A DNA stretch of 64,000 bases, from assembly GCA_951406725.2 (NCBI GenBank), contig OX597817.1, positions 6,510,001-6,574,000 on the forward strand, given 5' to 3'. A program made the position numbers and the translations under genes. Source of the stretch: Octopus vulgaris. Taxonomy: Eukaryota. Below are positions 26,876 through 39,912 of this stretch, one piece after another. The notes below the pieces were generated by a model that was not told where the DNA came from, did not search any database, and saw nothing but the letters and a program-made list of their open reading frames with translations. Position 1 is the first letter of the stretch, and every line of letters begins with the position of its first letter.

Positions 26876-28717
26876 TATATGTATATGTATAATGCATCCA
26901 AATGTGCGCTATACGTGTGCACAGTCTCTCACATATATCTATGTCCTGCTTGAAGTGTTCAGTTCAATAGACACGCCTCAGCATGGCCACTTCCTCTGAG
27001 CTGGAACGCATGAAAGAAGTAAAGTAATGTATTATTCCGATACGAGGGAAGCTACCAACGACTTCTTTCTTTGGTATATCTCATATTTGTTGGCTCTTTT
27101 TATACTATAGAAAGAGAAATATTTATTCAGTACTTTAAAGTATACAATGGCTCTGTGAAACAATATAATTGTTTATGCATACTATACATAACTTCTACAA
27201 TAAATCAGATTAAAAGTGAGAAAATATTACACATGCCAATATCGTTAGCAAGTCAAATACACAAATTAATAAATTTGAGCAAGATGTGAAGCTGTTTGAT
27301 CCACTTAACCGCGTCGATGTTTTTCTCTTTCTTTTCCTATAATTTGATATCATGTTTCTTTGTATACTGAAATCCCAAATGCCTTACGTTTATATTTACA
27401 ATTTTCTTTCTCTTTTTATTTAGTTTCACTTTGCTTTTGTTAGTTTTTCTAATGTGTCCAAGTTTAGTTTCTAAGGAATTTTCTCTGACAGATAGTGTCT
27501 GGTTGTGCAAATATATAGAAAATATACGAAAGTGAAGTGCATGAAGATGCTGTGAGTGCTGTAGTGCTGTGGGTGTTGATGCCACTCACGATGATGATGT
27601 TGATGATGAATATAGGATGGTGAAAGTGCAAACAAAATAGACAAATAAGCGGGAGACGATAGAATGCAATAAAAGCAAAGATGCAGAAAGTGAAAATGTA
27701 GAAGTATAAGAAATAAATTATAAAAATGGTAATAATATAGTAACAATGATGAAACAGAAAGACAAAAGGAGGAAGAAAGAATGGGAAGGAAAGCGTAGTT
27801 GTTGATGATGTGGATGTGATGGCACCTGGGTGATGATTATGGGGCGTAGAAGAAGCAAAAACGAGGAGGTGTAAATGAAAGGAAGGAATAAACGAAGCAA
27901 GGTAAAGACAAATGTGAAGAAAACAGAGGGAAACAAAGAAACGAAGTGATAACAGCATATATTAGCAGTCGCTAAAGCGTGCAGACAAAATGAGCCGAAC
28001 ATGAGGACGAATAAGGGGAACATAGGATAAAAATTACGATGCAACAAAATATATGATTAACTGTAGGAAAATGATAATAAGCAAATGATCGGATCAATTA
28101 GCAAGTGAAGAAGATCCGTAATGTAGATTAAATTAGAAAAGAAGTGATATATAAAAAATTAAAGCACAATTGAATTCATCGAAGTATAATTAAATGTATG
28201 GCAGATGACAAACAACCATAAACTACGAAGATACGTTGTCAAAATATAGTGTATCCGCAAGATTTGCGGTACATGTATTTTTATTCACTTTGGATGTTTG
28301 TCAGAATATATGTGACTGTGGTGAGCGTGCAGGTGCGTGTGCATGTGTGTGTCTGTGTAGTGTGTGTGTGTGTTTTATGTGTGTATATATCGAGGATTTG
28401 GGAGAGAGAGGGAGAAGATTGCGCCCAGTCGAGTGATGGTGAGCATCACAGTAACTGCGAGTAGACAGAAGTAACGCAAAAAGGATACGTGTACTCAGGG
28501 TCGTGTATGTAGGAATATACATTTCACAGAATCAGAATCAGTATCAGACCATTTAGGATGAAAATCTCAATACTGGATGCCTGACCATCAACCCTTTTAT
28601 CCAAAACATGCCTCCAATAAAACATATATTCTGTTTTGTCCCAAGCCTAACTTGTTGTTTTTGTAAAATCTCAGAAAATAATTAAAAATTCACATTTTTT
28701 ATCAAATTATTTTTTGA

Positions 28718-29594
28718 TAAATAAGTATCCGGACTGTTGCCATAGTAACGATGCTAAAGCACGAAGAGCAAAGCCGCTTAGCACAAATTGACATTGGACT
28801 CTGCTGTCCATGTACACTAAGACTTCACGTTCTAACTCATTTCCTGTGTTTACATCAGTGCTTGGAAGGAAGGTGTGTGGCGTATGACTGTCGAATTGAC
28901 CATGACAGAGAAAGTTGTCATGGTGATACCTGCTCAGAGACCTACACAAAGTTGCAGAAAGTGTATGGAGAGGAGTGTATGAGCCGCACAGAAGTGAAAG
29001 TGTGGGTCAGACGTTTCCAAGGTGGCTGAAAAAAGCCTGTATTCAGGAATGTTCAGGGAGATCCGCCACCAGAAGAACTGAGAAAAATATCGCATATGTG
29101 GACACAGCTGAGGGGGGGACTGTCGCATCACCATCTGTGAGTTATCAGAGGATGTGTAAATTAGTTGCGGTTCAGTTCAGTCCATTATTATTGAAGATTT
29201 GGGTATAAGAATGTGTCTGCCAAGTTTGTGTCAAAACTGCTTTCAGCTGACGAAAAAGATACCCGTGTTTCAGTTGTACAAGATCTCCTTGATTGTGTCG
29301 CGATCGATGAAAACATTTTGAAAACATTGTGTAGCCATCTGAGCAGGTATCACCAAGATTTTGGAAAAATTTGATGCAAATTCTCTGCTGAAATTTATCA
29401 TGGTCAATTCACCTGTCACACGCTACACACCTTTCCTCCAAGCACTGATATAAATAGTGGAAGTGAGCTAGAACGATACAACTTAGAACGCATGCACAAA
29501 CCGAATTCAAGATAAATCTGTACAAACGGCTTGACTCTGAATGCTTTAGCTTCGTTACTATAGCAACAGTCCGGATTCTTATTTAGACCACGTA
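28718..29594 (+). mobile_element. Internally deleted mariner element with both TIRs
   Basis: TIRs taaataag.atccggactgttgc.atagtaacga.gctaaagca at 28718 and, reverse-complemented, at about 29525-29594 ending in TA; remnant ETYTKLQKVYGEECMSRTEVKVWVRRF and VSAKFVSKLL. Confidence 0.85.
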
Positions 29595-29794
29595 TAAACA
29601 CACACACGCATACACACACCGACATGCATGCACACACACAAACAAAGAAAAATACACAAAAACAAACATACACAGACAGACATATATGGTGTGTGTGAAT
29701 GTGTCTGTTTATGTGCGTATGTGTGTGTTTGTGTGTGTATTGTCCTAAGACAATGTAGTTGAGCGATAATCCGAACTTCTGCCTATATACATAC

Positions 29795-29847
<53 letters not shown>

Positions 29848-29967
29848 TAAATATCCATATATATACATATATATATATACATATATGTATATATACATAT
29901 ATGTATTTATATATATGTATATATACATATATGTATTTATATATATGTATATATATATATACATATA

Positions 29968-30048
<81 letters not shown>

Positions 30049-30317
30049 ATATATGTATGTGTGTGTGTGTACCAGAAGAATATATTGCTTTAGATTATTA
30101 TTTATTTATCGACAATACATTAGGTATACGACGCGAGTATCTATCTTTGTTTTTTTTTGTTTTTTTTTTACTGAGAATGATGAATAAACCAAAATCACGT
30201 GCACATGATGACACAGACATACGCACAAAAGCTCACACACATCCACACCTATGTACGGAAACGTTTAAGCAAAAGTCATAAAAATATTTAAACATTAATA
30301 TTGAACATTAATATACC

Positions 30318-30705
30318 AGCGCAGGAGTAGTTGTGTCGTAAGAAGCTTCCCAACCACATGGCTTCAGGTTCCGTCCACTGCGTGGGACCTGGCGTAAGTG
30401 CCTTCTATAGCCTCGGGCCAACCACATCTTTATGAGTGGATTTGGTAGACGCAAACTAAATAAAAGAAGCCCCTCATATATGTGTGTGTGTGTGTGTGTG
30501 TGTGTATGTCTGAGTGTATTTATATGTCTGTGTTTGACCACCCACAACCGATGCTGGAGGTTTCAGTCGCCATGACCTAGCGGTTTCGCAAAACAGACCG
30601 ATAGAATAAGTACTGAGCATACAAAGATTAATTCCTGGGGTCGATTGATTCGACTACAAGTGGTGTTCCAGCATGGCTGCAGTCATATGACTGAAACAAA
30701 TAAAA
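30318..30705 (+). mobile_element. SINE family A
   Basis: Head gcgcaggagtag.tgtg..gtaagaagctt and tail cagcatggctgcagtc. Confidence 0.9.
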
Positions 30706-31352
30706 AAAATTAAAGAAAAATATTACACATAATGATTCCTTTTATTCATCGCTTATCAACCATTAAACTATGAAATAATCTCTCGCACTAATAATTAATG
30801 TAAAGCAATTTATTTAATCCTTGTGCCCACGCGCACGTGTTTAATTATGTGTGTCTGCAGCCAGCTGTTTCACTATCTTATTATTTCATATTTGGCTGTA
30901 TTTCCTGTTGTAAAATGTATTTCTAATATATGTCTGCTAATCACTCACGTGAACACAGTTGCTATGAAATAATGTCATTAAGTCTCTAGAACCATTTGCG
31001 CCCATTCGATTAGTCATGATTGCTATTGCTTACAAGCAAGCAGGCACCCCTCAAAACCACAAAAACTTCGGGATGACCCTTCCAAATCACTGTTAATTAT
31101 CATTTTACATCGATTTCTCCGGCATTTTTCAGTTAATAAGATTCATCGTAACCCCAAATTCTATATTAATGGACTTCAAGGATTGACCAATGATGTACAT
31201 CCTAATTTCAAAATTATCAAAATATAAATTACATGCTATAACATCAGTTACAAAATGTACATACTAACTGATACTTTATAAAGACATATCGATTTGTCAA
31301 TCTACCAATTATTTTATTTAAACAGACATTTTCGCGATCAAATCCTTATGTA

Positions 31353-31615
31353 AAAAAATAAATAAATGCGCCCTTTTAAAGCCTAGCCAGGCTCATGGGC
31401 CCGGTTTCCCAGTTTCAATGGCGTATGTGTTCCCCAGCTGGACGGGCTGCCAGTCCATCGCAGAGTTACTCATTTTTGCTAGCTGAGTGGACTGGAGCAA
31501 TGTGAAATGAAGTGTTTTGCTCAAGAACACAACACGTCGCCCGGTCGAAGAATCAAAACCACAATCTTACGATCAAGATGCTGACATCCCAACCACTAAG
31601 CCACGTGCCATCACC
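31353..31615 (-). mobile_element. tRNA-derived SINE (family C, V-SINE-like body) with 12-bp TSD
   Basis: A box TGGCTTAGTGG, body ctgcgatggactggc.gcccgtccag; TSD aatcctta[t/c]gta at 31341-31352 and 31616-31627. Confidence 0.85.
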
Positions 31616-31872
31616 AATCCTTACGTACGTTATATAATTTCTCATATTTAAATTCCTACTGTCCGCACATTTACATTCATACTCTTATAAATGTAAATAT
31701 ATGATTTTCTTCTCTTTTGTTCTTACTACCATTGGCATATCTTAATACAGCAGCAAAGCTTGAACCCCCTCTAACACCACCACCACCACCACCAGCGATA
31801 GCGCTGTAAAAACGCGTCATGCCACGTCCTGCGAAATAGTAAATTAAACCCTCACACAATCAAAATCCTTTG

Positions 31873-31927
31873 TGTACACACATCAAAGCATAGACCAACA
31901 GTGATCATACACACACACACACACATA

Positions 31928-31958
<31 letters not shown>

Positions 31959-32680
31959 GCACACCAGAGGTAAGCACATACACACATGAACACACGTCCA
32001 TGTAGATAAACACGCGCACGTTCGTACATGTGCATATCAATGCATAACTGTCCATATTCATGTACACCGGACATTTACACGCATTCATATCCACAAATGT
32101 ATCCCACTCGTGAATACGGCAGAATCAAACGCACGCGCACACATCTGCAACACTCGAAGACATTATACACCGCAGATACAAATACCTAACTATATGCGAA
32201 CACAGTCAAATACACATAGCTCATACGCACTAGCAAAGAAGTACATGTGAACCATCGAGGTGATGCGACCAGTCCTCACTCACAGCCAACTTAGACTCAC
32301 ACGCAACACATCTACATACACACATAGCAGACACACACGCACAGGAAACGGACTTACACATCTAAGCATATGTTCAGTATGTGTAAACACACGCTCACAT
32401 GCACACCTCGCCAGCCGTCAATGTCGCTTAACTTCCTTCAAAAGCTATTCAAAGAAAGAGACGCCTACATAGATTCCTATGCAGTTAAGCGGTGCAAGGA
32501 ATTCAGTTTAGAATCTCTATTTTGGCTAATTTCTTCTCGGCTGAAAGTTCGGTGTAATTCAAAAGAACACTACGCGATCTGCTTTGACCAATAATAGCCC
32601 AATTTTCAGTTGCCATCTTGGAGATCCTACATCTCCCCACTCGGCCGCCAGAGATCGGCGAGCTAGGATTCTGTGATGAG
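31873..32680 (-). mobile_element. Unclassified repeat, possibly a LINE 5'UTR; 31873-32104 recurs inverted at 34216-34413
   Basis: About 200-bp inverted similarity; GC-rich minus-strand start containing a YY1-like caagatggc. Confidence 0.45.
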
Positions 32681-32685
32681 CATAA

Positions 32686-32775
32686 GAAAAAAAAAAAAAA
32701 AAGAAGAAGAAGAAGAAGAAGAAGAAGAAGAAGAAGAAGAAGAAGAAGAAGAAGAAGAAGAAGAAGAAGAAGAGA

Positions 32776-32859
<84 letters not shown>

Positions 32860-32862
32860 AAA
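32686..32862. repeat. Compound A/(AAG)n/(AAT)n/(AAG)n microsatellite
   Basis: Direct reading. Confidence 0.97.
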
Positions 32863-33339
32863 TAATGACAGGAACATTTTAGATTCGAGAGTGATAAAAC
32901 ACTGCTCCGAAATCTATCCAAAAACTTCGGGAATAAAAGCATCAAATGAAGCCAAAAATAACTGACAAAGTGTTGGACTATATCCGAGTAAATAATAATC
33001 ATTGATATTTATTTCTAACTTCCAAATGAAATGATGTATTTTAAATGTATATCATTTCCATTGCTCGCACAGTACGTGTAAATATGCTCGCCACATTACG
33101 ATCCAATCAACATCAGACCATCTCCGTCCCCAATCGCCATTCACAAAAAAGTTTAAAGATAAATTAAATAATACATGTATTATTCAACCCAAGAATAACA
33201 ATCGGGAAGTACGTACTTTAAACTTGTTGCATAAAATGTACGAAAAACTAAGCGTGCAAAACCATTTAATACCAGAAATGAACGTACCGGTACCATATGT
33301 AACTGATGACTATCAAAATAAAAGGCCGGACGTTATTTC

Positions 33340-34215
33340 TCATGACCCGCAGATAAAATCAAACAAGCAAAAACGGACACGTGAGGAATATATTTCAGTT
33401 CTACACGGTTGTTTTATAGCAGAGCTCTACCCAAAGAACGATAACACATGTACATATAAAATATGGCAGAAAAATAACTTAGATAAAGACTTAGATACAG
33501 CAGCTAACTCTAATAAGCTAGCTAACATACGAAGATATGTTCTCAAATCAAAAGGAAAATATCAGAAATAGAAATAGAAGACTTAAAAAGAAAAATACAT
33601 CAGGAAAATATAGATAGTAGTCACACAGCAATACCAAACAATATCATAAGTACTGGGACTGTAAAATACGAAGACAGACGTAACATTTCCAACAAAGTCT
33701 GGATCCCTATAACAACTGAAGAGGTCATTCAGGCACTGCAGAAACTAAACAACTGCAAGGCATCTGGGCATGATAAGATAGCCAACTTCTGGTTAAAATA
33801 CCTGACAGGAACACATAAAAAGCTGGCTGAAAAGTTTTATGAAATACTAGCAGATGCAGAGACAATGCCTGAAAGGCTAACGGAAGTGAAACTATCCTCA
33901 TTCCCAAATTCACTGAAACGGTAAACCTACAAAATTACAGACTAATCACAAGTCTCCCTACAATTTACAAAGCCTTTATGCAGTAATATCACAGAGAATA
34001 AGCAAGCTACTGGAAGAAAAGAACCTGTTTCCAGAAGAGTAGAAGGAATGCTGCAAGGGCTCATACGGCTGTAAAGATTAGCTAATGATCAATAAAGCCA
34101 CAACTGAAGACAGCCCCAGAAACAAGAAGGGTCTAATTATAGCCTGAATCGATTACCAAAAGGTTTTCGATAGTATTCCACATACGTGGATCCTAGAAAC
34201 ACTAACCATGAACAA
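33340..34215 (+). pseudogene. Decayed R4/Dong-like non-LTR retrotransposon fragment
   Basis: KASGHDKIANFWLKYL, GSYGCKD.LMINK, IDYQKVFDSIPHTWI; multiple stops and frameshifts. Confidence 0.8.
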
Positions 34216-34413
34216 GGATACATTTATGTGTATGTATGCGTATAAGTGTCCGCTGTACATGAATATGCACATTTATGCATTGATATGTACGTGTACGAAC
34301 GTTCGCGTGTTTATCTGCATGGACGTGTGTGCATGTGTGTATGTGTTTACCTCTGGTGTGTGTGTATGTGTATGTAGGGTCACTCTTGGTCTATGCTTTG
34401 ATGTGTGTATCCA

Positions 34414-34965
34414 TCCTCTTGGCCAAAATCTTATAATCTGCGTTCAGCAAAGTTATGAGCCTAAAAGTATCTATTTGATCTCCGTTGTTCGAATCTTTTC
34501 TCAGCAGCACCACCGCGGCATGGCTCACAGCACTGGGTATTCTCCCGTTCTGCTTCCAGTTGTGGTAGACATCCGCCACGAGATCACCAACCAATCCTGA
34601 CATACGAAGATATAGCTCTCTCTTGTGCAACCCATCATCACGTCCCGTATATCTTCGGTTGTTATCGGCATTTCACAGAACTCCGCAACCCTGGCTGAAA
34701 GGCGTGGCATACTGTCGAGGTAGGAGGTGGAATCCACATTGATTCCCGACAGACCGAGCACCCCGATTAGTTTGGCGAATTGCCGCTGAAATTCTGTACG
34801 CATTTCCTTGGATTCGTGTAGCCGGCGCCTGTCCCGGCCTTGCTCTTCAAAGACCGAATTGTGGTTTTGTTGCTACGTTGCACTTCTTCCACCCAGGGCC
34901 ATAGAAGGGCTTTCGCTTCTTCATGTCTTAGAACATGTCCCCTAGCTCTGACAACGATCACCGAA
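34414..34965 (-). pseudogene. L1/Tx1-like ORF2 fragment
   Basis: VVLLRKD...FRLITLLNADYKILAK (L1/Tx1 RT domain 1-2 signature). Confidence 0.75.
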
Positions 34966-35360
34966 AACTTAAGTACAAACACTAACTACCATTAATCACA
35001 TACGCAGTCCCATGCCTACACAAACACACACTACTGTTTGTACAAGCCACACTCAAACATCGATTACACAGTAATTAAAGTACTTAAATTAATAATAATA
35101 TTAGTGTTGACAATGATGATGGTGATGATGATGATAATTATGGTAGTGATTATAATAATTAGATCCTGTAAATGACCAAGCCAGCGCTGTAGAGGTCACA
35201 TGTATATTCGCCTCCCCACCAAAATTATCTTGCTTTGCTGCCCACACACTTTTTCAAAAAACCGAAATGACTAGCTTAAACCCGAGAAGATAGTTGCGAA
35301 CACAAATAGTAACCTAAATGCTAACTAACCAACCACTTATCCAGCCACCCAACCAGCCAC

Positions 35361-35361
35361 T

Positions 35362-35442
<81 letters not shown>

Positions 35443-35464
35443 ATGCTGCTGCTACTACTACTAT
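35361..35464. repeat. (TAC)n(TGC)n trinucleotide repeat
   Basis: Direct reading. Confidence 0.95.
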
Positions 35465-36569
35465 AAAGATTCAACTATAAAGCAATTGACAACAGCGATA
35501 GAAATCTACTCGGAGAAAGTAAAAAACAACAGCTAAAACAAGAGCATCAACTGAGGAAACAACGTCAGCCTGCTAAGCACCCACCCTACTCCGATCTTAT
35601 GGCTACTGAACATCGCCAAGCTCGAGACAAAAACAACAATGATACAAACACAAAACGTGACATCAGAAATAGGGATAAAAGTAACAATCTTTCTTTTTTA
35701 TACGCTGAGCTTATCCACCGAAGATGATTGCAAGTAAGCAACGGAGTCTGAGAATGATAGAAAGTGCAATTAAATCTTTTTCAAATTACACCTAACATAT
35801 ACGCGAAAAGATACATCGCTTAATGTAATTCTGTATGCGGCTGTCTAAGTGAACAGCGCATGGAATTGGAGTCATCTTTTTGGGTTGGCTGCCAATTTTG
35901 AATCTCCTGCTCGACTTGATTTCATATTCGGTGTAAAGATTTGGTTTTATATGCTAATCACTGCTTTGAAATTCATTTTGGATCTATTCGATTTGGCTGC
36001 CAGCATCAGTTCTCTTCGAATTGATTTCATATTCAGTGTAATGATACACTTCTTTAGGCTAATGAATGACGTGAAAATCACTTTCGTTATAAATCAATAA
36101 GCAAAGAGTTATTAGCAATTAAAGTTTAAAGATTTTGGGTGATTTTAGCCAATCGTAAGCCACAGATACATTCATGCCAGTTTCCATAGTAACCGGAGTA
36201 ACATGAAAACACTTGTGTCTTCGAGAAAGCTCGTGTTGACAAGTATAGTGAAACATATTATTTTACCTATCTATTGACAAATGAGCATGTGAATGTATGA
36301 ATTAGTCAACAAAATGTGTGTTTTATTTAATTTTAATGTGCTATTTTTATATTAGATAAATCTTCTAAGTTCGCGCTATCGCATTAAATACATATTGAAT
36401 GTTTAAAACTCGAAAATGTGTATTGTTTACTCGTTTCTTTTTGTCACTGATGTGGTTGTGAGGCGTGCTACAACTAACAGTGAAATAAAGTTTTTGGATA
36501 AATCTTTTAAGTTCGTGCAATTGCAATGCATAAAACTGCACAAGACGTGTTGTTTACTCTTTTTTGACA

Positions 36570-37030
36570 TGTGCTATGGGCTGAGAATAAATGATCCTCA
36601 TCTCAACCACCTTCTCTTCATGGATGATTTAAAACTATTGGCAAAAACAGAGGCTGAAATGAAGAAGGTTGTTTAGACAGTGAAAATGTGCAGGTATAGG
36701 GGAGAAACGGATAGCGAATGGAAGACCCAGATGATTATGGGTACTAGTACCTTCGAGTCCTGGAGCTGGACTATATCTTGCACAGAGAAATGAGTCACAA
36801 GGTTACCACTGCATAGTTGGAACATCCCAGACTTATTTTGAAGTCGAAACTCAACTCAAGAAACTTGTGACGGCCATCAACATATGGGCTGTTGCTGCAG
36901 TCCTCTATACTACACCCATCCTGAAATGGACACGAACAAGAAATTAACCAATACGATATCATTACCAGACAGGGAAAATGACAATGCACGCTGCCCTCCA
37001 CCCTACGGCGAACGTAAATAGGATCTACAT
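36570..37030 (+). pseudogene. R4/Dong-like RT fragment
   Basis: LNHLLFMDDLKLLAK, then LKSKLNSRNL..AINIWA and LHPTANVNRIY. Confidence 0.8.
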
Positions 37031-38906
37031 GAAGATATGTAACCTTTGTCAGACGGCAAGTTTTGTCAAAATATTCTGTATTAGAGTTAATTTAAAATGG
37101 CTCCTATGAATGTTTAATATAACCATATGCACATTGAACACAGATTACAGCAGGAATCATAATTAAATATTTCCCGATTACAAATAAATCAATAAATTCT
37201 ATGTATGTTTTGGATGTTGGAAATTGAAATTATTAAATTTGATTTGATTAAATGTGACAGCGTCTGAGAAATGAGAGTTTTAATGGCGAGAAACTAAAAG
37301 TGTGGATTTAAATATTAAGCAGTTAAAATATTAAAGCTCGTAATTAAATGGACATTAACGTTAGTGAAAGTAAGTAATTAAAAATATTACTGCAATGCAA
37401 AGTGGGAATAACTTAATTAGCACCAGCAGACCTAGGTGTAATGGAAATTATAATAAAAGTTGGACTATTATTGAGGACCAAAATGTTAGAATTAAAATTC
37501 TATTTTATGGCAACAAAAATATCGTTGCTACTAATTAATGTGTTTTAGGAAGTTCAAAGGGGGGAAAACGCATTAAAAAATTACAGATATAAAATTAAAT
37601 GCAAATATCTAAGAAGGCCTCAGCTTTTACATAACCAAAATATTGTCAATATAATCATTTGATTACTGGAAGCATTATACATGAGTTTATTGAAAATTAT
37701 TTTCGTTCGGCCTCATGATCTGTAATGAAATTCCACGATTTTTGTGAGAATTACAGGTAAAGATATTTAAAGATTATATAAATAAACATTCCACTTGAAA
37801 TTGCGTTAGTGTATGATCTGAAAATTTCTGTTTGACTGCTTATCCTGAAACAGAGACATAATGTGATTCGGATTATTTGATGCATACTCACCGTAAGTGC
37901 AGCATTTTAATTGCCATTGATATTTATAGAGTAGGTTGACTGATATGTAATTTGAACATTCACATTAGAAAAAAAAAAATCTGGATTATGATGGTCTATC
38001 AAATGGTTAAATTTCTGAGCGAGAATATTTAGTGTCAGTCCATAGCGACAAAACAGATGAAAATGGAATGAATAATATCGAAATTAACAAGGTGCAGGGG
38101 AACGGGATGCTCTGAAAGTGCATCCCTGTTTCGAGATGCAAGCGAAGACGCTGGACAGTTTGTATAAAAAGCGCATGGTTGAACCAGTGGTTACGCTAGT
38201 TATTCGGATGTTATTAATAAATACCAAATGACTAATTGTTAAGAAAATTTGTGGTTGGTATATACTATATGAAGTGGTGTTACATTGCTGTAAATACAAA
38301 GATTACAAGTTTCTTAGTTCTGACAACATCGATAGTAGAGAATTTAAATAAAGCATTTCAGCCTCTGTGAATGTATCTCTCATCGAGCTATACTCGTATC
38401 AATGTTAGAAAATCTAAAAAATTTAATCACGTTACTTAGAGAGCTGACCAATGATGTTTCATTGGAAATATGCAATCACCGATGCATTCGATGATAATAT
38501 GGCAATTAAGGTTTTAGATATGAACCTAAAGCTGTTTCATTGGAAATATAAAATCATCATTCGATGATATTTTCAGACCATAATGTCCGCGCCTTCGTTG
38601 TCAGCATCTTTGTTGTCGTTGCCGTTGTTTTGAAACGCTTGTCCAACCCAATCGAAAAAAACATAGAATGAAAATCATTCCAGATGTCTCGATCCCGTAC
38701 TCCAGAAGTTCTTCCATACAAGTCTTTATTGAAGGCTATATTACATAATTTGAAAGTTATACCATTCTAGCAATTTGCTTGACAACATAGATCGTATTCA
38801 TATATATGAAGGCGAATCTATCACTTGCGTATTTAGATTTGTTTCCTCATACAGCATGATTTGTTATCTTAGAGATCACGTCGACTACCAGATAGACATT
38901 GATATG

Positions 38907-38979
<73 letters not shown>

Positions 38980-39318
38980 TACGGTTAGGCAGCTTTTTTA
39001 ATCATGTGCAGAATAACATGTTGAAACTGAATAAATATATAGACAACGTGCACATTGCAGCTCATGTCGAACGTGATAACGCTCTCATACCGAGCGAATT
39101 CAAACCGTCCGTTTGTTAGTTTCAAAGAAGAAGCCATGGATGATGTAGCATGGAAATCTAAATTTACTTTCGGAGACAGCAACTCAGTATCGCCTGAGAA
39201 GATACATATAGATCTTCTTACACAGATAAATCATTAAACAATTTAAGTTAGACTTAACTTTAAATCCTGTATGTACGAGGATCTGTATGTATCGAAACGT
39301 TTGTAGCGATTGTAGAAA

Positions 39319-39385
39319 ATGGCGGTGCCCCAGCATGGCCACGGCTCGTGAGCTGAAACTAGATAAAATAAAATCAAATAAATTA
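39319..39385 (+). mobile_element. Isolated LINE 3' tail
   Basis: ggcggtgccccagcatggccacggctcgtgagctgaaac plus an A-rich tail. Confidence 0.7.
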
Positions 39386-39450
39386 AAAAGCTGCATAACC
39401 GTACTTAATCCTCCTTTTGAGTATTTTACTTTATATATATATATATATAT

Positions 39451-39912
39451 GTGGCTGAACCGGCCACTCATGAATTAATAGCAATCGGAGTGCCAGAAGA
39501 TGTGGCAGATCTGCAGGCATTCATTGGAAACACAGCTAGGGATCTCAGCTGTGTCCCTCCAAAAAGTGTTTCCCGCCTTGGCCGACCGGGATCCAAACCC
39601 AGGCTGATCAGGCTGTTGTTTACGGGCTCTACTGAGGCGCGGACATTCCATCTGGCTGCTGACAGAGCTCGGCGTGACAACATTATCAACTTTAGAACAC
39701 GTCCTGGCCTACCACCCGATGTACGGCCAAAGATACGATCCGTGGCTTCTCTAAATCGCAACTCTGTGCCACGGGAGAGTTTTAGCCTCCGCGATGATGG
39801 GCAGATCTGGAAATTCGTCAAGTCTGGTGAGTCGTGGATAAGGGATGCCAGTTGGACTGAGCAGACTACACCCACAACAACAACTGGCAATGCAAAAATC
39901 TTGGGAAACTAA
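39451..39912 (+). CDS. LINE ORF1 C-terminal part
   Basis: 153-aa open frame with RLGRPGSKPRLIRLLF, typical of the CR1/L2 ORF1 C-terminal half; directly upstream of the endonuclease. Confidence 0.7.
   Translation: MAEPATHELIAIGVPEDVADLQAFIGNTARDLSCVPPKSVSRLGRPGSKPRLIRLLFTGSTEARTFHLAADRARRDNIINFRTRPGLPPDVRPKIRSVASLNRNSVPRESFSLRDDGQIWKFVKSGESWIRDASWTEQTTPTTTTGNAKILGN

Noticed and set aside
27464-28047. Hydrophobic 164-aa and 109-aa minus-strand ORFs
   Set aside because: Antisense of a purine-rich low-complexity tract; no domain motifs.
32519-32542. U2 snRNA-like words (ttttggctaa, cttctcggc; also gtagtatctgtt near 56203)
   Set aside because: Short, in the wrong order and without the rest of U2; likely chance.
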